Below are positions 42,494 to 52,513 of a stretch of DNA of 64,000 nt, in pieces (position 1 is the first letter of the stretch; the number at the start of each line of letters is the position of its first letter). The position numbers and the translations under genes were made by a program. The DNA lies in NCBI GenBank assembly GCA_016783675.1, contig JADHWE010000004.1, positions 4,072 to 68,071 on the forward strand. Direction: 5' to 3'. The notes under the pieces were generated by a model. It was given only the letters and a program-made list of their open reading frames with translations. It was not told the DNA's origin and searched no databases. The stretch is from Kiritimatiellia bacterium. GTDB taxonomy: Bacteria > Verrucomicrobiota > Kiritimatiellia > UBA8416 > JABMPJ01.

Positions 42494-43855
42494 ATGAAGG
42501 TTTGTAAGTTTGGTGGAAGTTCGTTGGCAGATGCGTCGCAGGTGGCACAGGTGTGCGATGTGGTGACGGCCGATCCGGAGCGCCGGCTGGTCGTGGTGTC
42601 TGCACCCGGCAAGCGGCATAAAGAGGATATCAAGGTCACCGACCTGCTGATCGCCTGTGCAAATGCGCGGCTCGATGGCAAGTCGACCGACGAGGCGCTC
42701 GAGGCTGTTGTGGCCCGCTATCGCGAGATCCAGGAGACGCTGGGTGTGGACGCGACCGTTATCGAGTCGATCAGCGAGAACCTGTCGACGACGCTGGCCG
42801 GAAACACGGAGCACCGCGAGCGCTTCATGGACGCCATGAAGGCCGCCGGCGAGGACAACTCGGCCCGGCTGGTCGCGGCGGAGCTGCAGCGGCGTGGCGA
42901 GACGGCGCGCTACCAGAATCCCGGCGATGCCGGTCTGCTCCTGAGCGACGAATACGGCAATGCCCGGTTGCTACCGGAGTCGTACGACAACCTGGCGCGG
43001 CTGCGCGAGGCGGAGGGGATCACAGTCTTTCCCGGTTTCTTTGGCTACACGCGCGAAGGTGAAGTGGTGACGTTTCCGCGCGGCGGGTCGGACATCACGG
43101 GATCGATCCTGGCCGCCGCTGTGAAAGCGGATCTCTACGAGAACTTCACGGACGTGGATTCGGTGTGCTCCATCGACCCCGACCTGGCGCCGAACGTGCA
43201 GCCGATCACCGAGATCACCTATCGCGAGATGCGGGAACTGTCGTATGCTGGTTTTGGCGTGCTGCACGACGAGGCCATCATCCCGGCCGTGCATGCGGGG
43301 ATCCCGATCCGGATCGCGAACACGAACCGGCCCGACCTGCCGGGGACGCTGATCATGTCCGAGCGCGAAGTGACGCACGGCACGGTGGTCGGCATCGCCG
43401 CTTCGTCCGGGTTCTGCACGGTGTTTGCGAGCAAGTACCTGATGAACCGCGAGGTCGGGTTCGGCCGGCGCTTCCTGCAGTTCTTCGAGGAAGAGGGACT
43501 GTCGTTCGAGCATATGCCGTCGGGTGTCGACAACATCTCGATCATCCTGCGCGAGGACGAGCTGGACGAGGCGACCGTGGAACGCATTGTGACGCACGTA
43601 CGCGACGAGCTGGGCGCAGACAGCGTCAATGTTGAGCATGGTCTCGCGCTGGTGATGCTGGTGGGCGAGGGGATGCACTACACCGTGGGCGTGGCCCGGC
43701 GGGCGACGGCGGCGCTGGCGGACGCGAATGTTAATATCGAGATGATTAACCAGGGCTCTTCGGAGATCAGCATTATGTTCGGCGTTAAGGAGTCGGATCG
43801 CACAGTGGCAATGCAAGCGCTGTATAGAGAGTTTTTTTTGAGCAGCGGAAGGTGA
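42494..43855 (+). CDS. lysC: Aspartate kinase
   Basis: KFGGSSLA, VVSAPG, RGGSDITG, TDVD, YREMRELSY, ACT domains. Confidence 0.92.
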   Translation: MKVCKFGGSSLADASQVAQVCDVVTADPERRLVVVSAPGKRHKEDIKVTDLLIACANARLDGKSTDEALEAVVARYREIQETLGVDATVIESISENLSTTLAGNTEHRERFMDAMKAAGEDNSARLVAAELQRRGETARYQNPGDAGLLLSDEYGNARLLPESYDNLARLREAEGITVFPGFFGYTREGEVVTFPRGGSDITGSILAAAVKADLYENFTDVDSVCSIDPDLAPNVQPITEITYREMRELSYAGFGVLHDEAIIPAVHAGIPIRIANTNRPDLPGTLIMSEREVTHGTVVGIAASSGFCTVFASKYLMNREVGFGRRFLQFFEEEGLSFEHMPSGVDNISIILREDELDEATVERIVTHVRDELGADSVNVEHGLALVMLVGEGMHYTVGVARRATAALADANVNIEMINQGSSEISIMFGVKESDRTVAMQALYREFFLSSGR

Positions 43856-43858
43856 ATC

Positions 43859-45460
43859 ATGAGTAACAAGAGAGTTTCACTCTACGACACCACACTGCGT
43901 GACGGTGCGCAGGCGGAGGGAGTGTCCTTTTCGGCCGCGGGCAAGCTGCAGCTTGTGCGGCGACTGGATGCTTTCGGCGTGGACTACATTGAGGGCGGCT
44001 ACGCGGGATCCAACGAGAAGGATATGGCCTTCTTCAAGTCTCTGCGCGAGGAACCGCTCAAGCATGCGCGCGTCGCCGCATTCGGCAGCACGCGCCGGGC
44101 GCGGACCAAGGTGAAGGCTGACCCCTACGTGCCGAGCCTGGTCAAGGCCGGCACCCCGGTCTGCACAATCTTCGGCAAGACGTGGAAGCTGCACGTCAAG
44201 GACGTGCTGCGCACCACGCTCAAGGAAAACCTGGCGATGATCGCCGACACGGTGGGGTACCTCAAGGACCACGACCGCGAGGTGTTCTTCGATGCCGAGC
44301 ATTTCTTTGATGGCTACAAGGACGATCCGGATTACGCCATGCGCTGTCTCGAGGCGGCGATAGGCGCCGGGGCGGATGGCGTCGTGCTGTGCGATACGAA
44401 CGGCGGCACACTGCCGCACGAGGTATTTGCGGCGACCCGCGCCGTCGTTGCAGCCGTCAAGGCTTCCGTTGGCATCCATACGCACAACGACAGTGGTACG
44501 GCTGTGGCCAATGCGTTGGAGGGTGTACGTGCCGGCGCCACGCAGGTGCAGGGCACGGTCAACGGCTATGGCGAACGCTGTGGGAATGCGAACCTGACCG
44601 CCCTGATACCGGCCTTGCAGCTCAAGATGGGCCGCCGCTGCGTGCGCGCGTCCCAGATGGGTACGCTCAGGGAGCTGTCGCTGTTCGTGGACGACCTGGT
44701 CAACCTGCGTCCCGATCAGCGCGCCCCGTTCGTGGGGTCGAGTGCTTTCAGTCACAAGGGCGGATCGCACGTCAATGCCGTGCGCAAGAATCCGGTCACG
44801 TTCGAACACATCGAACCGGCCGAGGTCGGCAACCAGCGCAAGATATTGGTGTCTGAGCTTTCGGGCGGCAGCAACGTCCTGCTCAAGGCCATAGAGCTGG
44901 GCGCCGGGCACGAGCAGTCGGCTGAGGATACGCGTGAGGTCCTGAAGGCGCTCAAAGAGCTGGAGAGCAAGGGCTATGCTTTTGAAGCGGCGGATGCGTC
45001 GTTCCGGATGTTGATCCAGAAGGTGCTCAAGGAACACAAGCCGTTCTTCGACTTGGAGGGGTTCCGCGTAATCGTCGAGAAGCGTGGCAAGGACGAGGAT
45101 TGCGTGTCGGAAGCCACGATCAAGGTACGCGTAAAGGGCGAGATCGAACAAACGGTCGCGGAAGGCGATGGTCCGGTCAACGCGCTGGACGGCGCGCTGC
45201 GCAAGGCTTTGATACGATTCTACCCTGAGATAGCCAATGTTGTGCTGACCGACTTCCGGGTTCGTATCCTGGACCCGCAGGAAGCCACGGCGGCCAAAAC
45301 ACGCGTGCTGATCGAGTCGAGCGACGGCGAAGAAAGCTGGGGCACCGTCGGCGTGTCGGAAAACATCATCGAAGCCGCCTGGGAAGCCCTGATCGACAGC
45401 GTCGAGTACAAGCTCTTCCGCGAAGAAGAGAAGAAGCGCCGCCGCAAGCGGAAGAACTAA
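43859..45460 (+). CDS. cimA: Citramalate synthase
   Basis: DTTLRDG.Q, FDAEHFFDG, HTHND, GERCGNA, SELSG, GPVNALD.ALRKAL. Confidence 0.93.
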   Translation: MSNKRVSLYDTTLRDGAQAEGVSFSAAGKLQLVRRLDAFGVDYIEGGYAGSNEKDMAFFKSLREEPLKHARVAAFGSTRRARTKVKADPYVPSLVKAGTPVCTIFGKTWKLHVKDVLRTTLKENLAMIADTVGYLKDHDREVFFDAEHFFDGYKDDPDYAMRCLEAAIGAGADGVVLCDTNGGTLPHEVFAATRAVVAAVKASVGIHTHNDSGTAVANALEGVRAGATQVQGTVNGYGERCGNANLTALIPALQLKMGRRCVRASQMGTLRELSLFVDDLVNLRPDQRAPFVGSSAFSHKGGSHVNAVRKNPVTFEHIEPAEVGNQRKILVSELSGGSNVLLKAIELGAGHEQSAEDTREVLKALKELESKGYAFEAADASFRMLIQKVLKEHKPFFDLEGFRVIVEKRGKDEDCVSEATIKVRVKGEIEQTVAEGDGPVNALDGALRKALIRFYPEIANVVLTDFRVRILDPQEATAAKTRVLIESSDGEESWGTVGVSENIIEAAWEALIDSVEYKLFREEEKKRRRKRKN

Positions 45461-45513
45461 CATGGATATACAGGATAGGCAGGATGCATCCTGCCTATCC
45501 TGTCGATCCATGT
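45460..45513. repeat. 54-bp near-perfect palindrome built from CAGGAT units
   Basis: acatggatatacaggataggcaggatg|catcctgcctatcctgtcgatccatgt, 2 mismatched pairs. Confidence 0.85.
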
Positions 45514-45525
45514 GAATGGAACTTT

Positions 45526-48231
45526 ATGGACAAGCATTACGATACACATCGAATTGAAGACGCCTGGTACGAGACCTGGCTGTAGACCGGTGCGTTCCAC
45601 AGCGATCACACGCAGGGCGGGGACCCGTACTGCGTGATGATCCCGCCCCCGAACGTCACCGGCATTCTGCACATGGGCCACGCGCTCAACAACACGATCC
45701 AGGATATCCTCGTGCGCTGGCGGCGCATGGAAGGGCGCAACGTGATCTGGATGCCCGGCACCGACCACGCCGGCATTGCCACGCAGAACGTGGTGGAGCG
45801 CGCGCTGAAGAAGGAGAACAAGAGCCGCGACGATCTCGGGCGCGATGCCTTCATTGAGCGGGTCTGGAAGTGGCGTGCCGAGTATGGCGGTACAATCGTG
45901 CGCCAGCTCAAGCGGTTGGGGGCTTCCTGCGACTGGGAACGCGAACGTTTCACGATGGACGAAGGTCTGAGTGATGCGGTCGCGGAGGTCTTCGTGCGCC
46001 TTTACGAAAAAGGGCTGATCTACCGCGCCAACTACATCATCAACTGGTGTCCGCGCTGTCACACCGCACTCTCCGACGAAGAGAGCGAGCACCAGGACAG
46101 TGTCGGCAAGCTCTACCACCTCCGCTACCCGGTCAAGGGCGGCGAAGAGGGCGAGTACATCGTCGTCGCGACGACCCGTCCGGAAACGCTCCTGGGTGAT
46201 ACCGCCGTGGCGGTGCATCCGGAAGATGAGCGCTATGCCGACCTGGACCAGAAGGCGATCGTTCTGCCCGTGCTCAAGCGCGAGCTGCGGGTGATCCGTG
46301 ACGAGTATGTCGACCCGAAATTCGGTACCGGTATCGTCAAGGTCACGCCTGCGCACGATCCCAACGACTTTGAGATGGGTCAGCGCCACGACCTCGAGCA
46401 GATCAACGTTATGAACGGTGACGGGACCATGAACGAAGCGGCCGGCCCCTATGCCGGCATGGACCGTTTTGCCTGTCGCCGTAAGATTCTTGAGGATCTG
46501 AAGGAACAGGACCTGATCGAGAAGATCGATGACCACCACCACGCCGTGGGCCACTGCTATCGCTGCGACACGGTCGTGGAACCGCGTCTCTCGCCGCAGT
46601 GGTTCGTCAAGATGAAGCCCCTGGCCGAGCCTGCCCTGGCGGCGGTCCAGAACGGCGACGTCAACTTCGTGCCGGCGCGTTGGACCAAGGTCTACATGGA
46701 GTGGATGGAGAACATCCGCGACTGGTGCATCTCGCGCCAGATCTGGTGGGGGCACCGGATTCCGGTTTTCACCTGCACCGCTTGCCAACACGAGTGGGCC
46801 GCCAAGGGCCGCCCCGACACCTGCCCGGAATGCGGCAGTGGCGATGTGACGCAGGATGAGGACGTGCTGGACACCTGGTTCTCCTCGTGGCTGTGGCCCT
46901 TCAGCACGTTGGGCTGGCCCGACCAGAATCCGGATCTGGCCCATTTCTACCCGACCCATGACCTCGTCACCGCCTCGGAGATCATCTTCTTCTGGGTCGC
47001 GCGCATGGTCATGGCTGGATATGAGTTCATGGGCGGCGTCCCGTTCGACACGGTCTATATTCACGGCACCGTGCGCGATGACGCCGGCAAGAAGATGAGT
47101 AAGAGCCTGGGGAATGCGCTCGATCCGCTCGATATCATCAAGGACTTCAGTGCGGACGCGCTGCGGTTCAGCCTGACCATGCTCACGGCCACGGGTCAGG
47201 ATGTCTACATCTCGAAGGAGAAGTTCGAGCTGGGTCGCAACTTCGGCACCAAGCTCTGGAACGCCTCCCGCTTCATCCGCATGCAAGATGGAGACATCGA
47301 GGCACCGGCGCCGCAACGAGATGTCATCAGTGTTCCTGACCTGGACCCATCCCTGCTGACGGCAGATGACCGGCACCTGTTGGGCAAACTCGACGCGGCC
47401 GTCCGAGATTGCACGGATGCCCTCGAGAAGTACCGGTTCAACGATGCCGCGCACGTTATCTACGAGTTCCTCTGGCACCAGTATTGCGACTGGTACATCG
47501 AGTACAGCAAGGGCACGTTGAACGGCGACGATGAAGCACGGCGCGCACAAGTGCTACGCATCATGCATTATGCCCTTGGCAGCGCGCTGCGACTGCTCCA
47601 TCCGATCATGCCCTTCCTCACCGAAGAGTTGTGGCATGCGATGGGCTACTCCAGTGCTACCGACCGCCAGGAGCCAACCGGCTTCATCATGAAAGCCCAG
47701 TGGCCAAAGCCGCAGAGCGAGGAGCAACTCAAGGCGTGGGGCATCGACACCGAAACGACGGAGTATGTCGAGAGCAAGCACGAGTTGATTCGCCTCGGAC
47801 GCACGTTGCGTGCTGATTTCGGGGTCGTGCCGAACAAGGCGATCGACTATACGCTCAAGCCGCACGACACAGAGACCGCCGCGCGGCTCGAGGCCGACCG
47901 GGTTTCGATTGCGGCCCTGCTCAAGGCGGAAAACCTGCAGATCGATGCCGCGTTCGCGCCGGAGCAGGCCACACCCTCCAGCGTTGGCGGCATCGGCACC
48001 ATCTACATGCCGCTGGCAGGCCTGCTCGATGTCGAAGCCGAACTCAAGCGCCTCGGTGGCCAGCTCGAGAAGGTCGTCAAGGGGATCGACCAGGTGACGC
48101 GTAAACTCTCCAACAACGAGTTCGTGACCCGCGCCCCCGAGGCTGTCGTCGAACAGCAGCGCCAGAACCAGAAGGACTTGATGGAGAAGCGCGACAAGAT
48201 CGAGCGGCTGATGGAAACGATAAAGGGGTAA
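45526..48231 (+). CDS. valS: Valine--tRNA ligase, with in-frame TAG at codon 20 (45583-45585)
   Basis: MDKHYD..IE..WY..W*.GAF...PPPNVTG.LHMGH, DWCISRQ.WWGH, KMSKS, C-terminal coiled coil. Confidence 0.93.
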
Positions 48232-48235
48232 TACT

Positions 48236-48715
48236 ATGGATAAACTGCTGAAGCTGTTGAAGGAGAACGCGCTGGAGACGCCGGAGAACCTGGCGAAGAT
48301 GCTGGGTGTGTCCGTTGAGGACGTGAAGGCGCGCATCGCGGAGTATGAACAGACGGGCATTATCTGTGGTTACCGCGCCGTGGTGAACGAGGACCAGCTC
48401 GATATCGAGAAGGTGCGCGCGGTGATCGAGGTGAAGATCACGCCCGAGCGGGGTGGGGGATATGACCGCATTGCCAGCCGGATCTCGCGCTTCTCGCAGG
48501 TGGACTCGCTCTTCCTGATGTCGGGAACGTATGACCTGCTCGTGTTTGTCGTGGGACGGACACTGCACGAAGTGGCCACATTCGTGAACGAACAGCTCGC
48601 CACGATTGAGGGCGTGCTCTCGACCACAACCCATTTTACGCTGAAAACCTACAAGGACCAGGGGGTCCTGATGAAGATTGAGGATGATCATGAGCGACTC
48701 CAAGTCACCCCGTGA
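48236..48715 (+). CDS. Lrp/AsnC family regulator
   Basis: HTH (LAKMLGVS...I..YE..GII.GY), LMSGTYDL RAM domain. Confidence 0.9.
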   Translation: MDKLLKLLKENALETPENLAKMLGVSVEDVKARIAEYEQTGIICGYRAVVNEDQLDIEKVRAVIEVKITPERGGGYDRIASRISRFSQVDSLFLMSGTYDLLVFVVGRTLHEVATFVNEQLATIEGVLSTTTHFTLKTYKDQGVLMKIEDDHERLQVTP

Positions 48716-49865
48716 TTTTGTCGCCCGGCACGTGAGCGGAATGCCCCGCTCCGGCATCCGCGACTTCTTTGGGATGGTCAGCACGCGCGAGGGCGTGATC
48801 AGTCTGAGCATCGGCGAGCCGGACTTCGTGACTCCGTGGCACATCCGCGAGGCCGCGATCTGGGCGCTGGAGCATGGCGCCACCACCTATACCTCCAACC
48901 TGGGGTTGCTGCGGCTGCGTCGGGCTATCACCAACTATGTGAAGCGGTCCTACGGCCTCGAGTACAGCCACGAGGACGAGGCGTTGGTGACAGTGGGCGT
49001 CAGCGAAGCGCTCGACCTGGCCATCCGCGCCGTCGTGGAGCCGGGTGACGAGGTGATCTACCACGAGCCCTGCTACGTATCCTACTCACCGGTCATCACG
49101 CTGGCCTTCGGGAAGCCTGTTGCCGTGGCGACGAAGCGCGAGAACGATTTTCGTCTCCGCCGCGAGGATATCGAGCCGGTCGTGACGGACAAGTCGAAGG
49201 TGTTGGTCCTGAACTTCCCGACGAACCCCACCGGCGGTGTGCTGACGCGCGAGGACATGGAAGGGATCGCCGCCCTGGCCTGCGAACGCGATCTACTCGT
49301 GATCAGTGACGAGGTGTACTCGGAGCTGACCTACGATTCCGAGCGTATCAGCATTGCCTCGCTGCCCGGGATGCGGGAACGCACGATCTTTCTGAACGGT
49401 CTTTCCAAGGCCTGGGCCATGACCGGCTTTCGCATGGGCTATGCCTGTGCACCGCCCGTGCTGGTCGAGGCCATGATGAAGATTCACCAGTACTCCATGC
49501 TGTGCGCCCCGATTCTCAGCCAGGAGGCCTCCATCGAAGCCTTGAAGAACGGTGACGGTGACGTGCAAGAGATGCGGGAGGCCTATGACCTGCGTCGCCG
49601 GTACATTCACGGTGCCCTGAACGAGATGGGCCTGTCGTGTCATCTGCCCGGCGGGGCGTTTTATGCCTTTCCTTATATCGGGGACACCGGGCTGAGCTCG
49701 CACGAGTTCTCTATGCGCCTGCTGGAGGAAGAGAACGTGGCCTGTGTGCCGGGGACAGCCTTCGGTCCTTCCGGAGAAGGCTATCTTCGCTGCTCGTATG
49801 CTACGGCTATGGATGAGATTCAGAAGGCCATGGAGCGTATGCAGCGGTTTGTCGCCTCGCTGTGA
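48690..49865 (+). CDS. Class I/II PLP aminotransferase (AlaT/YugH-like)
   Basis: SGIRDFF, GEPDF.TP, NPTG, DEVY, SKAWAMTGFRMG; overlaps the Lrp gene. Confidence 0.92.
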   Translation: MSDSKSPRDFVARHVSGMPRSGIRDFFGMVSTREGVISLSIGEPDFVTPWHIREAAIWALEHGATTYTSNLGLLRLRRAITNYVKRSYGLEYSHEDEALVTVGVSEALDLAIRAVVEPGDEVIYHEPCYVSYSPVITLAFGKPVAVATKRENDFRLRREDIEPVVTDKSKVLVLNFPTNPTGGVLTREDMEGIAALACERDLLVISDEVYSELTYDSERISIASLPGMRERTIFLNGLSKAWAMTGFRMGYACAPPVLVEAMMKIHQYSMLCAPILSQEASIEALKNGDGDVQEMREAYDLRRRYIHGALNEMGLSCHLPGGAFYAFPYIGDTGLSSHEFSMRLLEEENVACVPGTAFGPSGEGYLRCSYATAMDEIQKAMERMQRFVASL

Positions 49866-49957
49866 TCCTTGTCGCCAGCGCTCCCCCATTCGCGTACAAT
49901 GCGAATTGTCGGCTCCGTACAAGGCTCTGGTCATATGTGGCGGGCCGTCGAATCGAG

Positions 49958-49986
49958 TTGACGCGGGAGCGGGGGCTTTCTATAGT
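49958..49986 (+). promoter_or_regulatory. Putative sigma70 promoter
   Basis: TTGACG-17-TATAGT upstream of 50035. Confidence 0.55.
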
Positions 49987-50034
49987 CCGCTGACCCTATT
50001 TGCCTAGGGCTTTGTAGCGAGGAATGCGGTTTCT

Positions 50035-50895
50035 ATGGGAGATGAGGAAAAAACACTCGACGCGGTAGAGGAAACTGCCTCAGATGAGGCAGCCGAAACG
50101 CCTGAAGCTGCTGTCACTATTGACTCGGAAGAAGCCCCCGAACCGGAAGCCCCGAAGCTGAAGCTTGCCCCGCAAGAGGACGAGGGTGCGGACGAATTGC
50201 TGGGTGCGCCGGAAGAATCGGAGACGCTGGAAGATGAAGGCCAGCTTGGTCTTCCCGACGCCGTTCCGCCCAAGAAAGGCTTGGCCGCCCTCTTTGGCGG
50301 ATCCAAGGCTGCCGCCGGACCCGATGCCGAAGACGAGACTCCCAAGTGGGCCATGCCGGGTGCGCGCACCAAACGGCAGGGCAGTGGTATACGCGTGGTC
50401 AACCGCGTCCTGGCAGCGGCGGTCATCTTGATTCTGGTCTTTGGCGTGCTGGACCTCTTTGCCACGATTCGACAGGCCCCGAGTGACCTGGCCCTGCTCG
50501 ACTCACCGGCCCCTTCGGGCGACCTGCCTGCCGGCGATACCTCCGGCTCTTCAGAGGGGCTGCCCGTGCTCGCAAACCTCTTGGAATCTTTCTCAAAACG
50601 CCCTATAGTCCGTGATTTGGACCGTGGTGGCGGTGAGACTACCGTTCAGGTCGTGCCGACTCGTACGAAGGTGCCCGACTGGAGGGTGCGCGCCCAGAAG
50701 CTGGACCTGATCGGTTTGTCGGGTTCGCCCAACGGCGAGATGGAAGCGATTGTGGCGGACCGCGAAGCCAGCCGCATGCATTTCCTGAAGGTGGGACAGG
50801 ATATGGTGGTGGGCGAAAACCAGTTTAAGCTGGTCCGCATCGCCACCGATCACGTCGCCTTTGAAAAAGACGGCGACGAAGTGATAGTGAAGTAA
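50035..50895 (+). CDS. Bitopic membrane protein, GspC/PilP-like C-terminal domain
   Basis: Acidic cytoplasmic N-terminus, one TM, L.LIG....AIV.......FLKVG....LV.I..D.V pattern; precedes secretin. Confidence 0.6.
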   Translation: MGDEEKTLDAVEETASDEAAETPEAAVTIDSEEAPEPEAPKLKLAPQEDEGADELLGAPEESETLEDEGQLGLPDAVPPKKGLAALFGGSKAAAGPDAEDETPKWAMPGARTKRQGSGIRVVNRVLAAAVILILVFGVLDLFATIRQAPSDLALLDSPAPSGDLPAGDTSGSSEGLPVLANLLESFSKRPIVRDLDRGGGETTVQVVPTRTKVPDWRVRAQKLDLIGLSGSPNGEMEAIVADREASRMHFLKVGQDMVVGENQFKLVRIATDHVAFEKDGDEVIVK

Positions 50896-50912
50896 AGCGG
50901 GGGCGTTGAAGA

Positions 50913-52496
50913 ATGGCCAATTGTAAACACAAGGTTACGAAGTTCATCTTGCCCCTTCTGTCGGCGGCCCTTCTTCTGTCCGGACTCATGCCTTCGACGG
51001 GGATGGCGCAGCCGAAACCGCTTACCGAGTATGATCTCCCCGGCTTGGAAAACACCGTCAGTCTTACCTCCCTCGACCCATGGGATGTCGTACAACTCAT
51101 CGAGTTCCTGGCCCATCGTGGTGGTTTGAACAACATGGTGATCGGCCCGGGTGTGGCGGGACTGACCACGAAGCTTAAGTTTGAGAACGTCACGGTGGGC
51201 GAGGCCCTCGAGGTCGTTCTTTCCGTGAACAGCCTCGCGTACCAGATCCGCGGTGGCATTGTCACGATCATGACTGACGCCGAGTACCAGGCGCAGCACG
51301 GCACCAGTTTCTACGACAACAAGGAAGTCAAGGTTATCACCCTCAAGTACGCCGACCCCGCGCGCGTGGCCACGATGCTCGAGCCCATCAAGAGTTCGAT
51401 CGGTACCGTGGTGGCGGATCCGGTGACCGGGACACTCATACTGATCGATACCTCGAGCAAGATCGCCGAGATGGAGGTTATCATCGAGGGCGCCGATCTC
51501 GCCACCGTGTCGCGCATACTGCCGACCGAGACCCAGACCTTTGAACTGCAGTACGCCACCGTGGAAGACCTTCAGTCGGAAATTGCCGCGATCCTGACCC
51601 CCGAGATCGGCGACCTGCGCGTGGATAAACGCACCAAGACATTCATCGTGACCGCGCTTCCGCACGAGATGGAGCAGATCAAGCACCTCATCGCCGTTTT
51701 CGACCGTCGTCCCCGCCAGGTCTTCATCGAAGCGAAGATTGTCCAGGTGTCGCTGGGCGACGAGTTCCGGATGGGCGTAAACTGGGATCATCTTTTCCAG
51801 GGCGTTGACCCGCGTTTCGCCCTGAACTCCGTCTCCTCGCCCGGGTCTCTCTCCGGCGTTGGCGCCGCCGTTAGTCCGTCCGCCAGTCTGAACTACAAGA
51901 CGATTCTCGGCAACGGCGACCTGAACGTGGTGCTCGAAGCGCTCAAACAGGTGGGGGAAACGAAGATCCTATCCAACCCGCACGTGGCCGTCCTCGATGG
52001 CGAAGAAGCTACGATCAAGGTCGTCACCGATCAGCCCTATGCCGAGGCCCAGCTCGAGAGCGGCACAACCAACGTCGTGGGTGAAACAGTTGTGTTCCTC
52101 GAAGTGGGTGTCACGCTGAGCGTTACCCCGCGGATCAGTGCCGACGGTATGATCAGCACCTCGATCCGCCCGGAGGTCAGCTCGGTCGTCGGCAGCTACC
52201 AGGCATTCCGGACCGTTCCGGTCGTACGCCGTTCCTATGCCGAGACCACCGTGATGGTCAAAGACCGCGAGACGGTCATTATCGCCGGCATGATCGAGAA
52301 CTCGAAGCAGAACACCCAGACCCGCGTCCCGTTCCTGGGCCGCATTCCGCTGCTGGGTGTGTTGTTCAGGACCACGGCCGACCAGGTGGAGAGCCAAGAG
52401 CTGATTGCCTTCCTGACACCTCGCATTGTGTCGGGTGAAGAGCCGCATCAGCTTTCGGAGCGGCAGGGCAAGAGATTGAAGCCGATGCGTCGCTAG
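50913..52496 (+). CDS. Secretin (GspD/PilQ family)
   Basis: Signal peptide, N domains (LKYAD, LQYA), QVFIEAKIV, SNPHV..LDGEEA.I, VPFLGRIPLLG.LF, LTPRIV. Confidence 0.92.
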   Translation: MANCKHKVTKFILPLLSAALLLSGLMPSTGMAQPKPLTEYDLPGLENTVSLTSLDPWDVVQLIEFLAHRGGLNNMVIGPGVAGLTTKLKFENVTVGEALEVVLSVNSLAYQIRGGIVTIMTDAEYQAQHGTSFYDNKEVKVITLKYADPARVATMLEPIKSSIGTVVADPVTGTLILIDTSSKIAEMEVIIEGADLATVSRILPTETQTFELQYATVEDLQSEIAAILTPEIGDLRVDKRTKTFIVTALPHEMEQIKHLIAVFDRRPRQVFIEAKIVQVSLGDEFRMGVNWDHLFQGVDPRFALNSVSSPGSLSGVGAAVSPSASLNYKTILGNGDLNVVLEALKQVGETKILSNPHVAVLDGEEATIKVVTDQPYAEAQLESGTTNVVGETVVFLEVGVTLSVTPRISADGMISTSIRPEVSSVVGSYQAFRTVPVVRRSYAETTVMVKDRETVIIAGMIENSKQNTQTRVPFLGRIPLLGVLFRTTADQVESQELIAFLTPRIVSGEEPHQLSERQGKRLKPMRR

Positions 52497-52513
52497 TTAA
52501 GAGCGATGGGAGA

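Noticed and set aside
45583-45585. Genome-wide TAG reassignment (alternative genetic code)
   Set aside because: Several genes end at TAG at expected lengths (3780, 12488, 42488, 52496) and prfA has intact PVT and GGQ motifs
43877-47550. Long antisense ORFs (544 aa and 697 aa) opposite cimA and valS
   Set aside because: Shadow frames expected from high-GC codon bias; no motifs and fully overlapping well-supported genes
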